This document shows positions 1-11,911 of a stretch of 64,000 bases of DNA, piece after piece. The stretch's first letter is position 1. Each line of letters opens with the position of its first letter. The translations under genes and the position numbers were made by a program. This DNA is from Octopus sinensis (taxonomy: Eukaryota), in the NCBI RefSeq assembly GCF_006345805.1, contig NC_043014.1, positions 5,766,001 through 5,830,000 on the forward strand, written 5' to 3'. The notes below the pieces were generated by a model that saw only the letters and a program-made list of their open reading frames with translations, was not told the DNA's origin and made no database searches.

Positions 1-150
1 GTGGATTATGCACCAGAAGCTGATCCAGCTGGTTACAGAGACGAAAATGGAGCTTTATTATATTTCGTTCAGGCTTCTTGTGGTTCGTTGCCATGTCCAC
101 CGTATGTCAATGGTCAAGAATTAACCTGCGTTGTGTGCAGTAAATATTGA
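1..150 (+). CDS. Gene copy A: 3' end of terminal exon 4 of a short-chain collagen C4-like (spongin NC1-related) gene; 5' part lies outside the window
   Basis: Frame 1 reads VDYAPEADPAGYRDENGALLYFVQASCGSLPCPPYVNGQELTCVVCSKY-TGA, near-identical to the ends of ORFs 13665, 44711 and 59294. Confidence 0.9.
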   Translation: MDYAPEADPAGYRDENGALLYFVQASCGSLPCPPYVNGQELTCVVCSKY

Positions 151-196
151 ACAGAAATTAAATTCGGTTCCATATGAAAATATCTCTGTGAATTAC

Positions 197-266
197 AATA
201 AATAACATAAAGTATTAATTGTTTTACCTAATATTTTCTTTAAAGTATGTCTATCGTTACAATAAA
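197..266 (+). promoter_or_regulatory. Candidate polyadenylation signals of copy A (AATAAA at 197-202 and 261-266)
   Basis: Canonical hexamers 47 and 111 nt after the stop. Matching TTTATT motifs lie downstream of copy D (59242-59247, 59176-59181). Confidence 0.5.
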
Positions 267-1646
267 CTGTTGTACTAGTTTACAGAAGATATTCAAACAA
301 TACAAAAGAGGCGACGTAGAATGATAGAAATATCCTCAAAAACAAGAAAAATCTAAATCTGTCGGAATGATTCTAGAAAACATTTTGTAAGATTTCAGTT
401 TATCAAACTTATCGTTGAAATAAAATATTATTTTGTTTAACAGTATTTCGTCTTCTGTCTCATGATTCAACAAACCCCAAATAAAGTACCACCATAGAAT
501 TATATCAGCTTTTCATGCCCAGCCTTAGAAAGTCTAATACTCGACGCTACTATCTCAGACATCTTGGTTTTCAAATTACAGCTCGGATTCTGACAAGGAC
601 CCATGAACCGCTACATTACATAGAACAGAACTTAACTGATTCTTTCAACAACAACCAGATACTTCCACAAAATCCATTCTACTTGCCGTTATTAATCAGG
701 AAAGCTTTCCGATCCATTCCAAACCCATATCTTATAAAACATATTTATCGTCTACTTTAGAAATATCACAAAATGTTCAATTTAAGCTTTCTGAGAATGT
801 GGAATTTACACGATCAATCCCTCAAAAGACAGTATAAATGAGTATTGGTCCTGCCAACCTAAATCTATATCACAAAATTCCCACCTCTCTTCAAAATAAG
901 ATACAAAACGAAACTCGATGCCCACAACATACACGTCATACACTAAATGCTGATATACAAGAATAAGAACTGAAATCAACCAGAAAAATTGCCTCATTTC
1001 GATAGCAGAGAACATCAAATACGACGATTTCTTTCACTCATCTACGTAAACATACCAGAACCGAAGAAAAGATGGATCCTAGAAGCTGAATACATATCAT
1101 GCGAAACGAATACAACACCCATAAAAGCGAGAGTAAAGAGAGCAAATATAGTCAGGGCAAGCACGGATGCTGTGTGTAAGAAGGCTGAGATGTTGTGACC
1201 GTCACGTTATATCCAATAGGATTCATGACAGTATGTTGGAGTGTGTCGAATATTTGTTAGATAAACGAAGGGTTCGGTTAACAGCATCAAGCTGCAATAA
1301 AGATTAAAGATTAGTAATGTTTACTGTCCCACTATTATTAGTCTAATGGGTAAATCTGCATTCGCTTCTCTAGATTACAAATATTTTCATGGTTGTAAAT
1401 CGTAAACAATTGCAGAGAATACGGACGCTGGTAGATCTTCAAATTCATCTTTTGATTCAGCGGCATAATTAGACAGTTAAAACGACCGCCATGTGTTTAA
1501 GCTGTACAGAGCATGCGCAGCTGCATATGCAACCCGCCATTACAATAGGAAAAATTATGGGACTTTGTTGAAATCTGACATGGCTGTAAGATTTATTTTG
1601 TAGCTTATTTCGAATTAACCTTATTTCGAGGGCCAAACCGAAAGTG

Positions 1647-1688
<42 letters not shown>

Positions 1689-2139
1689 ATACACACACAA
1701 ACACACACACACACACATACACGCGCGCGAGCACACACACACACACACACATACACACAAACACACACACACACACACAACACACACACATATATATATT
1801 AAATTAAGTCAACTTATATCTGAGGGGTCTAACTTGCTTCATCTAAGAAAATTTAATCATAACTATGGAATTCCGACATACGTATGCAGTCCACACGGAA
1901 GGTGCACTTGCGAATTGAGTTTCAAATGGGAGACACTGTACCTGTATGTTTTGCTATGATTTATAAAACTTGAAGAAAAATATTCAAAGCTAGTGATAAT
2001 GACTAGCTAAAAATATATATGTATGTATGTCATTATTCGGTTTGAATAGAATATATCTGGTCAACAGAAAGAGAGACGGCTTCTAACTTAGTTCCAAGTA
2101 TCTTTCATTGGAATTTCAACAACATGAACAGGATATTTT

Positions 2140-3481
2140 TGTATGTATGTATGTATGTATGTATGTATGTATGTATGTATGTATGCATGGATGCATGTAT
2201 GTATGCATGCATGTATGTATGTATATATGTATGCATGCATGAATGTATGCATGTATGTATGTATGCATTTATGTATGTATGTATGCATGTATGTATGTAT
2301 GTATGCATTTATGTATGTATGTATGCATGTATGTATGCATGTATGTATGTATGTATGCATGTATGTATGTCAGGTCACTTTCGAGTGCTACTGGTAACAT
2401 GTAACCCAGTACAAACTGTTGCATTGTCGGGTCGTCGACGACTAAACCGGCAACCCCACCAAGCTTGCTTGGTGAGGAGGGAGTTTATTGGACACCCTGC
2501 GGGATGAAAAACAAAACCCGTCAAAGAGCGGAGGAACTCTTGAGAGTCAACGGCCATCCAATATATGTCTTAAGACTGTATCATGCGCGGGGACATAGAA
2601 ATAATCGGACTGAATACCCGATCGCGCGGTTAAACCGTTGGGGGTGAAGTACTCCTAGACTTTGTTAGGGCATCCTTTTTGAGAAGTTAACTCAGGTAAC
2701 TGGGATAACTCCGATATAAAAACTGCGGCTCAGTGGTTACCGATGATGTTGACTTGTTCTTCTTTTCGGATTATGGCCGCTGTTGCTTAGTGACTGGCAT
2801 TAACACAGTGCACAGCCTTTCCTCGCTATAAAAAATAAATCTTCATGCACAGGCATTGCAAGTTAACAACATTGATTAAGCTTCGTGCAATGCCCATACT
2901 CGATAACGAGGGGGCAGCCACCAAGTATGTATGTATGTATGTAAGGATGGATGGATGTAAGTATGTATGCATGTATGTATGGATGTAAGTATGTATGTAT
3001 GTGTATATGTATGTATGTGTATATGTGTCTATCGATATATACATGCTTACATTCAAACATACATGCATGTATACATGTATACATACATATTTGTATGTAT
3101 AAATATATGCATACATGTATGTATGTATGTATGAAAGTATGTATGTATGTATGTATGTGTGTGTATGTATGTATGTTTGTATGTATGTGTGTATGTATGT
3201 GTGCATGTATGTATATATATGTGTGTGTATGTAAGTATATATGCATGTATGGGGGTATGTATGTATGTATATATGTATGTATGGGTGGGTGGGAATTGGT
3301 AGGTTTTGATTTTGATATTCACATAAAACATTTCTAATCAGATTAACGCTTGTTGTGAAGAATCCAATCCGAACAGCGGACTTCATTAGATTAAGTCTTG
3401 CGATTACTGTGTGGGTTGAACGAAATACTTCCCACTCTGAATATTAAAACAATGTGTGAGTGTGAGTGTGAGTGTGTGTGT

Positions 3482-3517
<36 letters not shown>

Positions 3518-3900
3518 AGTGTATGTGTGTGTGTGGGAATGTGTATGTGTGAGTCAGTGTGTGTGTGTATGTCAGTGTATGTGTGTGTGTGTCAGTGTGG
3601 GTGCGTGTGTGTGTCAGCGTGGGTGTGTGTGTCAGCGTGTGTGTGTGTGTAAGACAATGTATCTGTGTGTCTGTGTCATTGTGTGTGTCAGTGTGTGTTG
3701 GTGTGTGTGGGTGTGTGTGTTGGTGTGTGTATGTATGTCAGTGTGTGTGTGTGTTAGTGTGTGTGCGTGTGTGTATCTGTGTGTCAGTGTGGGCTTGTGT
3801 GTGTGTTGGTGTCTGTGTCAGTGTGTGCTTGTGTGTGTGTGTGTCAGTGTATGTGTGCCAGTGTGTTTGTGTGTGTGTGTGTCTTTGTGTCTGTGTATTT
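2140..3900. repeat. (TACA)n and (TG)n microsatellite tracts (2140-2370, 2925-3290, 3450-3900)
   Basis: Direct inspection; these produce the MYVC/HTYI/CVCV pseudo-ORFs. Confidence 0.95.
2360..2830 (-). mobile_element. Unclassified interspersed repeat, probably a non-LTR/SINE-like 3' end with a (TACA)n tail; second copy at 56445-56905 (+)
   Basis: GC-richer 470-bp block ending GTGACCTGAC directly into (ACAT)n, present in both arms of the duplication. Family not identified. Confidence 0.4.
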
Positions 3901-4145
3901 GTCGGTTGAACGAAATACTTCCCACACTGAATATTAAAACAGGTTCCCAAGAATAACAAATAAAATTAAATAACAACATTAGTAAATAAATATATCATAA
4001 TATATCCAGAAACATGAATCATTTCACTTTACACGTGTCTCTCATTCATCAACATATTTTGCCAATTATTGTGTGACAATATCAAACCATCTCTTTCCAA
4101 TAATTAAACCTGTCAGACAAGTTCACACCCGCTTTTACAGTTCCA

Positions 4146-4230
4146 CCAATCGCATTGGTTCATAAATTTACGATAAGTTCTATGCCAGAGCTGGGTTGTT
4201 GTGCGCTCAATAAATACGTGGAATTCAGTT
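4146..4230 (+). promoter_or_regulatory. Possible core promoter of the gene family (CCAAT, AT-rich TAAATA, TCAGTT initiator-like), conserved upstream of all three exon-1 copies
   Basis: CCAAT at 4146, TAAATA at 4211, TCAGTT at 4225-4230, about 90 nt before the ATG. The TATA-Inr spacing is short, so this is tentative. Confidence 0.3.
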
Positions 4231-4314
4231 ACAAGTCTTCAGCTTAAACCTCGCATCTCGATCTTTTGTTGAAGCCACACGAAGTATCACTTACGACCGA
4301 CAACTGTCACCAGA

Positions 4315-4458
4315 ATGGATTTCGCACAACTGTCCAGGAATATTTCGCAGCGTTATTCCATTTCTTCTCTCATAGCTTTTGGGGTTCTTCTCGTTCTGAC
4401 GATCGTGATTCTGCATCAAGATTCAAGAATAGGAAAAATGGAAGAGAAATCGAAAACG
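4315..4458 (+). pseudogene. Gene copy A2: orphan exon 1 (signal-anchor), with no exons 2-4 found downstream on the plus strand
   Basis: ATG at 4315, MDFAQLSRNISQRYSISSLIAFGVLLVLTIVILHQDSRIGKMEEKSKT, then consensus donor GTAAGT at 4459 (phase 0). Same translation as B and C exon 1. Confidence 0.75.
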
Positions 4459-4971
4459 GTAAGTCATGGAATTCGTGTTAATATATGTATGTCTTTATGT
4501 ATTTATATAGGTACGTAAACGTGCATGTGTGTATGCATGTATGCATTTACGTATGTATGTATGAAAATATGGATGTATGTACGTACGGATGGATGGATGG
4601 ATGGACGGATGTATGCATGAACCATGTACATATGTTCCTATAGAGTACACACACACCTACGATCCACCACACACGTAATCACGGAAAAACACACAGGCGC
4701 ACACACCTAAACATACATATATGTATATACATATACATACATATACATATATTTGTATATATAATATACATATGTATATAAATATGCATATATATGAATA
4801 TATTAGTGGCAGAACAAAAGATTTACCCGTCTGCCTGACGCCAGCTCACAAAAAGTAGGTCGTAGCACTGTTTCCGAATTGACCCCTATATCAATATAAT
4901 ACATAGATACATACATACATACACATCTGTGTGCTTATGTGTGTGTGTGTCTGTGTGTGTGTGTGTGTATA

Positions 4972-5125
4972 GCACCCTTCTTTCAGTCTCAGCCTACCAA
5001 ATCTACTGACATGGCTCTGGTCAGCTCGAGGTTATAGTGGTAGGCATTCGTTCAATTTTCTACGCAGTTGGACTGAACAGAATACCTTGTGGTTAAGAAG
5101 CAAGTGTCTTACCACACAGCCACTG
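4972..5125 (-). mobile_element. tRNA-derived SINE family 2, head portion
   Basis: Reverse complement reads GTGGCTGTGTGGTAAGAC...TTCAGTCC...GGTAGGCTGAGACTGAAAGAAGGG; homologous to 20857-21010, 23170-23320 and 54108-54260. Confidence 0.7.
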
Positions 5126-5126
5126 T

Positions 5127-5164
<38 letters not shown>

Positions 5165-5436
5165 TATATATTATATTAAATTAGAGACAAAACCACTGTT
5201 AGGCAAATCAAACAATGAAAAACTTAAGCCAATACATAAGATTATTTAATTTATATTATTTAAATATATAACAAAATTATTAAAAAATATAATTAATATC
5301 ACACTACGATCGTTTCATGCCTGCTAACTTCTTCAAATATATAATATAATATAATATTTTACTATAAAATTGGATTCAATCCTAAATCTGATTTTTCCCT
5401 GTAAGTTTGGATTTATTCCCTAATATTTATTATTTT

Positions 5437-5483
<47 letters not shown>

Positions 5484-5539
5484 ATATATATATATTCATA
5501 TATATATATATAATATATATATATTAATATATATATACA

Positions 5540-5615
<76 letters not shown>

Positions 5616-5696
5616 ATATATATATATATACACACATATATATATACAGATAAAGTGTGAAATATATTAATTTAATAAAATCAATAAACTTCACTC

Positions 5697-7750
5697 ATAC
5701 CAACCCGGCATTAAGGCTCATATGCCCTTCTAGTTCCGACATCGGTACCCTTAGTAAGTACATTTTAGATAAATACATACCTATATTAATCAATAAGTTA
5801 AAACTCAGCTTATGGTCTAACTCCACTCAAGTCGTAGAGTGGTTTACTTCTATTACTAATAAGGACAACACAAAATTTATACAATTCGAAATATCTAGTT
5901 TCTACCCTTCGATCAACCCTAGTGTACTCAATAAGGCCCTATGGCACGCACATAATAAGGCAGGCCTCTCCAGGGAGGAAATTAATTTGATATTAGCAGC
6001 TAGAAAATCTTTCATACAGTTCGATAATAAGTTGTGGGTCCGCAGGGATACCCCCAACGCGTTCGATGTGCTAATGGGAAGTACAGACAGCGCCCAGATA
6101 GCCGATTTGGTCGGAATGTATATTCCCTATGAATTGGCCGACCAATTCCCGGACATCTGTTGCGGTCTGTATCGAGACGATTGTCTACTTTACCTCCAGA
6201 ATGCTCCGAACAATAGGATACAGAAAATTAAGAACAGATTAGCTAGATTTTTTAGCAGAATGGACTTGAGCATAGTTTTTGACGACGAATTAACTAAAGC
6301 CAACACCTTAGACGTAACCCTAAATCTGCAGAATAATTCATACTTCCCTTATCATAAACCTTCTACTAATCTTAAATATATCAGCATTTTCAGTAACCAT
6401 GCCAAAACTATTACCGATAATTTAGTTTAAAATATTTCTTTAAGACTGTCAAAATTATCTGCTAATGTCGACATCTTTAACCAGAAAGCGGGATTTTATA
6501 ACGCCGCCTTGTCAAAAGCCGGTTATAGAGATAAAGTATCATACAACGACCCGGCCCATTCTAAACCAATATATGCTTCTCAGGATAAGAAAACTAATAA
6601 CAGTAGAAATAATGGGAATCATGATTTCAGCTCTAACAACGTCGGCACCACTGTACTTAAGAAAAATAATGTACGGACCAGGGAGGCAATCGACAACCAA
6701 CCCCAATTTTCCAGCACAGAAATATTCCCTTTAATGTAACTGGTAACTCTTTGAGCAATTCTAAGTCCACTAAAAACTATATCTGGTTTGTCATACCTTT
6801 CGGAAAACAAATCAAGTCAAACCTTCCTTTACAGTTCCATGAAGCCGTAACTAGGAACTTTCCCAGGAATTCTAGGTATTACTCTACTATCAATTCGCAT
6901 AAGGTAAGGATTGCATTCTCTAACACTAGAAATCTTTCGCAAATCATTGCCTCCCATAATAACAAGCTGCTAAACAAGGATTCTTCACCCGGGAGTTGCG
7001 ACACTATTCTTACCAATTCCAACCAAACATACAATAATAATAATAGAAATAGTATTGATAATAGCAACATTCGTAACAGCGTTGGTATTAACAATGGTAA
7101 TATTAATAATAATATTAGTCGGATTAATAACAGTGGTAGTGCTGATGGTAACAACGACAGCATATCTAATAACAGTGGTAGTATTGATGGTAACAACGAC
7201 AGCATTTCTATAATCAGAGATATTGTCGGCGATAGTACAATTAATAATAATAACAATAATACAAATAGTATAGTGGTCAGTGCTATCAACAATATTAACA
7301 GCAATCATGACAATAAAAACTCCGTCTTAGTCTCGGAGGTAAACCCTAACCGATTAAAGTTCTTGTCCAGTAATTCTAAAATTAGAAATTCCATTTACCA
7401 GTGTAAAATTTCTTCCGGTACCGGTGTCTTCTTCTATATAGGGGCGACTACTTCTAAATTATCCAAGAGAATTTCCAATCATTATTCAACTTTCCGAGAT
7501 AAGAGAAAACAACAAAGTACAGGACTAAGTAAATTAGTTTGCCGTCTTAAGGACAGCAATATAACTTTCAAGCTGGATTGGTCCATATTGTCTGTATCCT
7601 TTCCTTTTGATAAGGGCAGAAAATATTGTGGCGTCTGTAATTCCGAGCTCTTCTAAATTCTTTTCGCCAAATTTCCATTGTTAAACACAATAGTAGAAAA
7701 ATCCTATAAGTGCAATCACTGGCAGAAGCACACTTTCCACTCATATGAAT
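5697..7750 (+). mobile_element. Penelope-like retroelement 1 (RT + C-terminal GIY-YIG; Nematis-like motifs), 5'-truncated and disrupted
   Basis: RT motifs FIQFEISSFYPSI, FDVLMGSTDSAQIADLVG, GLYRDDCL; thumb NYIWFVIPF...KVRIAFS; endonuclease IYQCKI...FYIGAT...RISNH; stops and frameshifts between ORFs 5657, 6509 and 6751. Confidence 0.9.
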
Positions 7751-8343
7751 GATGATTAATATAGATAACCTCTTTGAATTTAATCATTTAGTTCCACTTC
7801 TACAATACCACCATAGACAAATCTTTTTTTATACTCCGTTACATGAAGAGCTACTACCTAATTTCGTAGGGGTATGTTTTTACCTCTGTCTCTCTACCTC
7901 TCCCTCCTCTCTCTCTCTCCCTCTCTCTATCATAAGCACAATCAAACACACAGACACAAACCTGTCACTTCACCACTAGATGTATTTGGCATTTACCCCC
8001 CACACACACACACACACAATCACGCACATATATACACACACATAGACACGAATGCAGTTATATACATACACACACATAGACACTTAAACTTATTAGCAAA
8101 AGCAAACAACCACGCGTCCCCATACATACGACTTGCACTCTGTCCCCTTACTATTATTAGAACTTTCCCCTTCCAACCATCTTTGAACTCTTGAACTTTT
8201 TAGAATCTTCTCCATCCAACCAATTTTGACGTCACTGCTTATAACAGAATATTTTAAAGAAACACTCATTATCACTATGGACTCCGTGTGGGCAGTCATC
8301 TAAAAGTTTTTGTTCGTCATAATGCTGACATAAGTTCCTTGTC

Positions 8344-8424
8344 TTTCCTGATGAGAAGGTGGCATAATGCACCCTTTATTCCTTCGGAATTAAGAATATG
8401 CAGTCTTCGAAACATGTGTCGAGA
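8344..8424 (+). ncRNA. Type I hammerhead ribozyme motif, likely from the pseudo-LTR of Penelope element 1
   Basis: tttc-CTGATGA(8348)-GAAG...CTTC-GAAA(8409)-CATGTG-TC-gaga: intact core; stems I, II and III can all be drawn. Confidence 0.7.
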
Positions 8425-8619
8425 ATAAAGAAATTTTGTTAAATCGTCGTTCGACTCCATTCTTTCATTTATTTATAGTTGAAAAAACACACAAATTTCC
8501 ACACGAAAGCACGTGATTTCTGCCCTTGGCATGTAGCTTCAACCGTGTTTTCTGACGTGAATTTGCTACCCGGGTATCGGTTAACCGAATTGTCCATACT
8601 GGGATAATTCATTCACATA

Positions 8620-8660
<41 letters not shown>

Positions 8661-8663
<3 letters not shown>

Positions 8664-8837
8664 CGTGACCGACCAGTTGTTGCTACACATCGCTGGTCAC
8701 AATGCGCTTCGCATTGTTCTAGCCTTCAAATGACGCCGCCCCGTTGGCTAAGCGTGCAGGTCAAAAGAAGAAAGGGTGAGAGACAATTGCGGCGAATGAG
8801 TACAGCAGGGATCGCAACCAACCCCTGCCGGAGCCTC
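8661..8837 (-). mobile_element. tRNA-derived SINE family 1, 3' part
   Basis: Reverse complement matches 9765-9942 (GCTTAGCC...GGCGTCATTTGAAGG...TGCGAAGCGCATTGTGACCAGCG). Confidence 0.75.
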
Positions 8838-9474
8838 AAACACTAGCAGATTAGTATTCTCCGTAACCGAAAACGGGGGTTTATGTTAAAAAAAAAGAAA
8901 GAAATAAAAGTGGGGTTTGGGGAGTAGGAAAGACAGTCTTGCCCATGTATATGTCTTGCCCATGTATATTTTACCTGTCTACACACACGCTATTATATAT
9001 ATGTATATATATATACACCAAATATATACAATTTCTATATATATTTAATAACGAACCATGTAATTCACACCCAGGAAATTTTATTTCTGTAAAATGTTTG
9101 GAGTGGGTGAAACTTCCGGGGCTTCCACCTCACCCCACTCCATTTTTCGAACCGCAAAAAGGGTTTTCTACCTTGTTGGGATGGGTTATTTTAGCATGTC
9201 ACAGGAATTCATTAAACGAAAAAAAAAAAAAATCCAATTCGCCACCCCCTCATTCCGAACCAAAATAAGGGATTTGCAGCGTATTACAAGGTCAGGGCAC
9301 TTGATTCCACGCAAAAAAAACCCGAGTTTTTGTTTTTAGTGAAAATCATGTGGGTGTTATTCTGTAATTTTACCCTTATTTCTCTCTCCAGGATTATGTC
9401 TGGTGAAAGAGCGATCAGACAGGAGTACAATTCCACCCTTCTTTGTGTTTCTTTGGGATGAGATATATATATAT

Positions 9475-9515
<41 letters not shown>

Positions 9516-9520
9516 CAGAC

Positions 9521-9555
<35 letters not shown>

Positions 9556-9663
9556 CAGATAGATAGATAGACAGATAGATATATAAATATGTATGTATAT
9601 ACATACGTAACTATATATGAGTGTATGTATATATGATATATATATATATATATATATATATGT

Positions 9664-9942
9664 GGGGGGGCGTACAATGACCCAGTGGTCGTAGGACCGC
9701 ACTTTCGATTCCCAGACCGAGCGTTGTGTGTGTTTATTGAGCGAAAAACGCCTAAAGCTCCACGAGGCTCCGGCAGGGGTTGGTCGCGATCCCTGCTTTA
9801 CTCTTTCGCCACAACATTCTCTCACTCTTTCTTCTGTTGACATACTCGCTTAGCCAGCGGGGCGGCGTCATTTGAAGGCTGAAACAATGCGAAGCGCATT
9901 GTGACCAGCGATGTGTAAGAACATCTGGTTGGTCACGGTGAT
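9664..9942 (+). mobile_element. tRNA-derived SINE family 1 (internally deleted head)
   Basis: A-box-like TGACCCAGTGG and B-box-like TTTCGATTCC; homologous to the full copy at 52438-52716. Confidence 0.75.
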
Positions 9943-10056
9943 ATATATATATATATATAATTACAATAAGGGATTTTGGCAACAAGTTGCTTAAACCACA
10001 TACCTAAAGTATTAGAAATAGCAGTCAAAGGCCTACCATTTCTATTACAACAATGG

Positions 10057-10087
<31 letters not shown>

Positions 10088-10473
10088 AGAGAGAGAGAGA
10101 TACATACATACATGCACACACGCATATATATGTTTGTATATATATATATATATACATATATGTACACGCACCAATATATACATATATATGTATATTATAT
10201 ATAACGGCGGTGCATCAGCATGGCCGCAGCTCTGAGCTGAAACTAGAAAAAAAAACAAATGTATGTATATATGTGTATATACACATATGTACGTTTAGGT
10301 GTGTGCGCCTGTGTATTTTTCTGTGATTGCGTGTGTGATGGATCGTATGTGTGTGTGTGCTCTATAGGAACATATGTACATGGTTCATGCATACATCCTT
10401 ACATCCATCCATCCGTACGTACATACATCCATATATTCATACATACATACGTAAATGCATACATACATACATA

Positions 10474-11744
10474 CGAGAGGCGTTCAATAAGTAATGCCCC
10501 TGACCCACTTGCACTTGTTTGATCAAGCTGAAATTTTGCATGTGCAATTATTTATATCTCTATAGATTAAGTGGAAAATTACAGCTCTGAACTATTTGTG
10601 GTTTCTGATTTACAGGTGTTTGAACTGAGTCAAGTGTGAAATGGAGCCTGTTGAGTGTCAAGCAGTGATATGGTTTTTGTATTTGAAAGGACGCACACCA
10701 CGGAAGACTTTTGATGAAATGAAAGTAACTTATGGTGATGATGCCCCATCATATGACCTTGTAAAACGCTGGCATTGTGAATTCAAACATAGTCGGAACT
10801 CTGTGGAAACAGCTCCCAGATCTGGTCGCCCCCTTCTGCCGTTGATGAGACGTCTGTCCGTCAAGTTGAGGCTGCCATTTTGGAAGGTCGACGCATAACT
10901 ATTCGCCAAATAGCCCATAAGGTCAAGAGTAGTACCGGGTCTGTGGAAACTATCATTCATGACCATTTACATATGCAAAAGGTGTCTGCCAGATGGATTT
11001 CCAGGTTGCTCACACCTTTCCAGAAGCAAGAACGCGTTGAGTGCTCGAGGATGAATTTGGAGATGTGCCAAGAAGATGAGTCAAAATTTTTCAAAAGACT
11101 GATCACACAGGATAAAACCTGGGTCCATCACTATGATCCATAGAACAAAGCCCAGTCAATGCAGTGAAAGCACCGTGACTCACCTCCTCCAAAGAAGGCA
11201 AGGGTGCAGCCCTCCGCTGACAAGGTTATGCTCACAGTCTTCTGGGACCAGGACGGAGTAGTGATGACAGATTTCCTGGAAAAAGGGTACCACAATAACA
11301 GGAGCCTATTATGCTTCACTTTTGAGGAAATTAAGAGAAGCTATCAAAATCAAGAGGCGGGGCAAGATCAGCAAAGGCATCCTCCTCCTGCAGGACAACG
11401 CTCCGGTCCACAACTCGCGTGTCGCCAGATCAGAAGCACAGGCGTGCAGCTATGAACCCCTCCCCTTCCACCCTCTGATTTTCACCTCTTCCCAGCCATG
11501 AAGTTGATTTTGAAAGGAAAGCGTTTCCCAGATGATGCAGCCTTGATTTCTGAAATCACATCGAGGATGGAGGATCAAGCTGGGGTCTTCTACAAAAACG
11601 GTCTCCAGAGCTGCATCAAACGATGGGAGAAATGCATAACTCTGAGTAGTTCTTATGTAGGAAAAGACTAATAACTGTGCCAAGTGTCGTTGCTCTACTG
11701 CTATGGGAAGTGGGTCAGGGGCATTACTTATTGAACGCCCCTCG
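10474..11744 (+). mobile_element. Mariner (DD34D-type) DNA transposon, full length with disrupted transposase
   Basis: About 34-bp TIRs CGAG(A/G)GGCGTTCAATAAGTAATGCCCCTGACCCA flanked by TA. Fragments MEP...RWHCEFK...PRSGRP, ITQDKTWVHHYDP, KVMLTVFWD, QDNAPVH, PSDFHLF, with frameshifts. Confidence 0.95.
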
Positions 11745-11879
11745 TACATATATATTTACTAATGTTGTTATTGAAATTTTATTTGTTGCTATTGGGAAAC
11801 CGCTTTAATATTCAGTGTGGGAAGTATTTCGTTCAACCGACGAATACACAGACACACACACATACACACACACACACTA

Positions 11880-11911
<32 letters not shown>

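Larger units (their letters stand above)
1..5696. repeat. Inverted segmental duplication of about 54035-59443 (3' end of one gene, intergenic region, exon 1 and part of intron 1 of the next)
   Basis: Colinear reverse-complement matches: 515-760 vs 58685-58930, 1200-1630 vs 57830-58270, 2360-2830 vs 56445-56905, exon 1 at 4315-4458 vs 55050-55193, 5640-5696 vs 54035-54090. Confidence 0.9.

Noticed and set aside
515-760. 81-aa ORF conserved at 58685-58930
   Set aside because: Conservation is explained by the recent inverted duplication. The homolog behind copy C is disrupted, there are no splice signals, and diverged copies (about 41100-41560, 12560-13300) suggest an old repeat.
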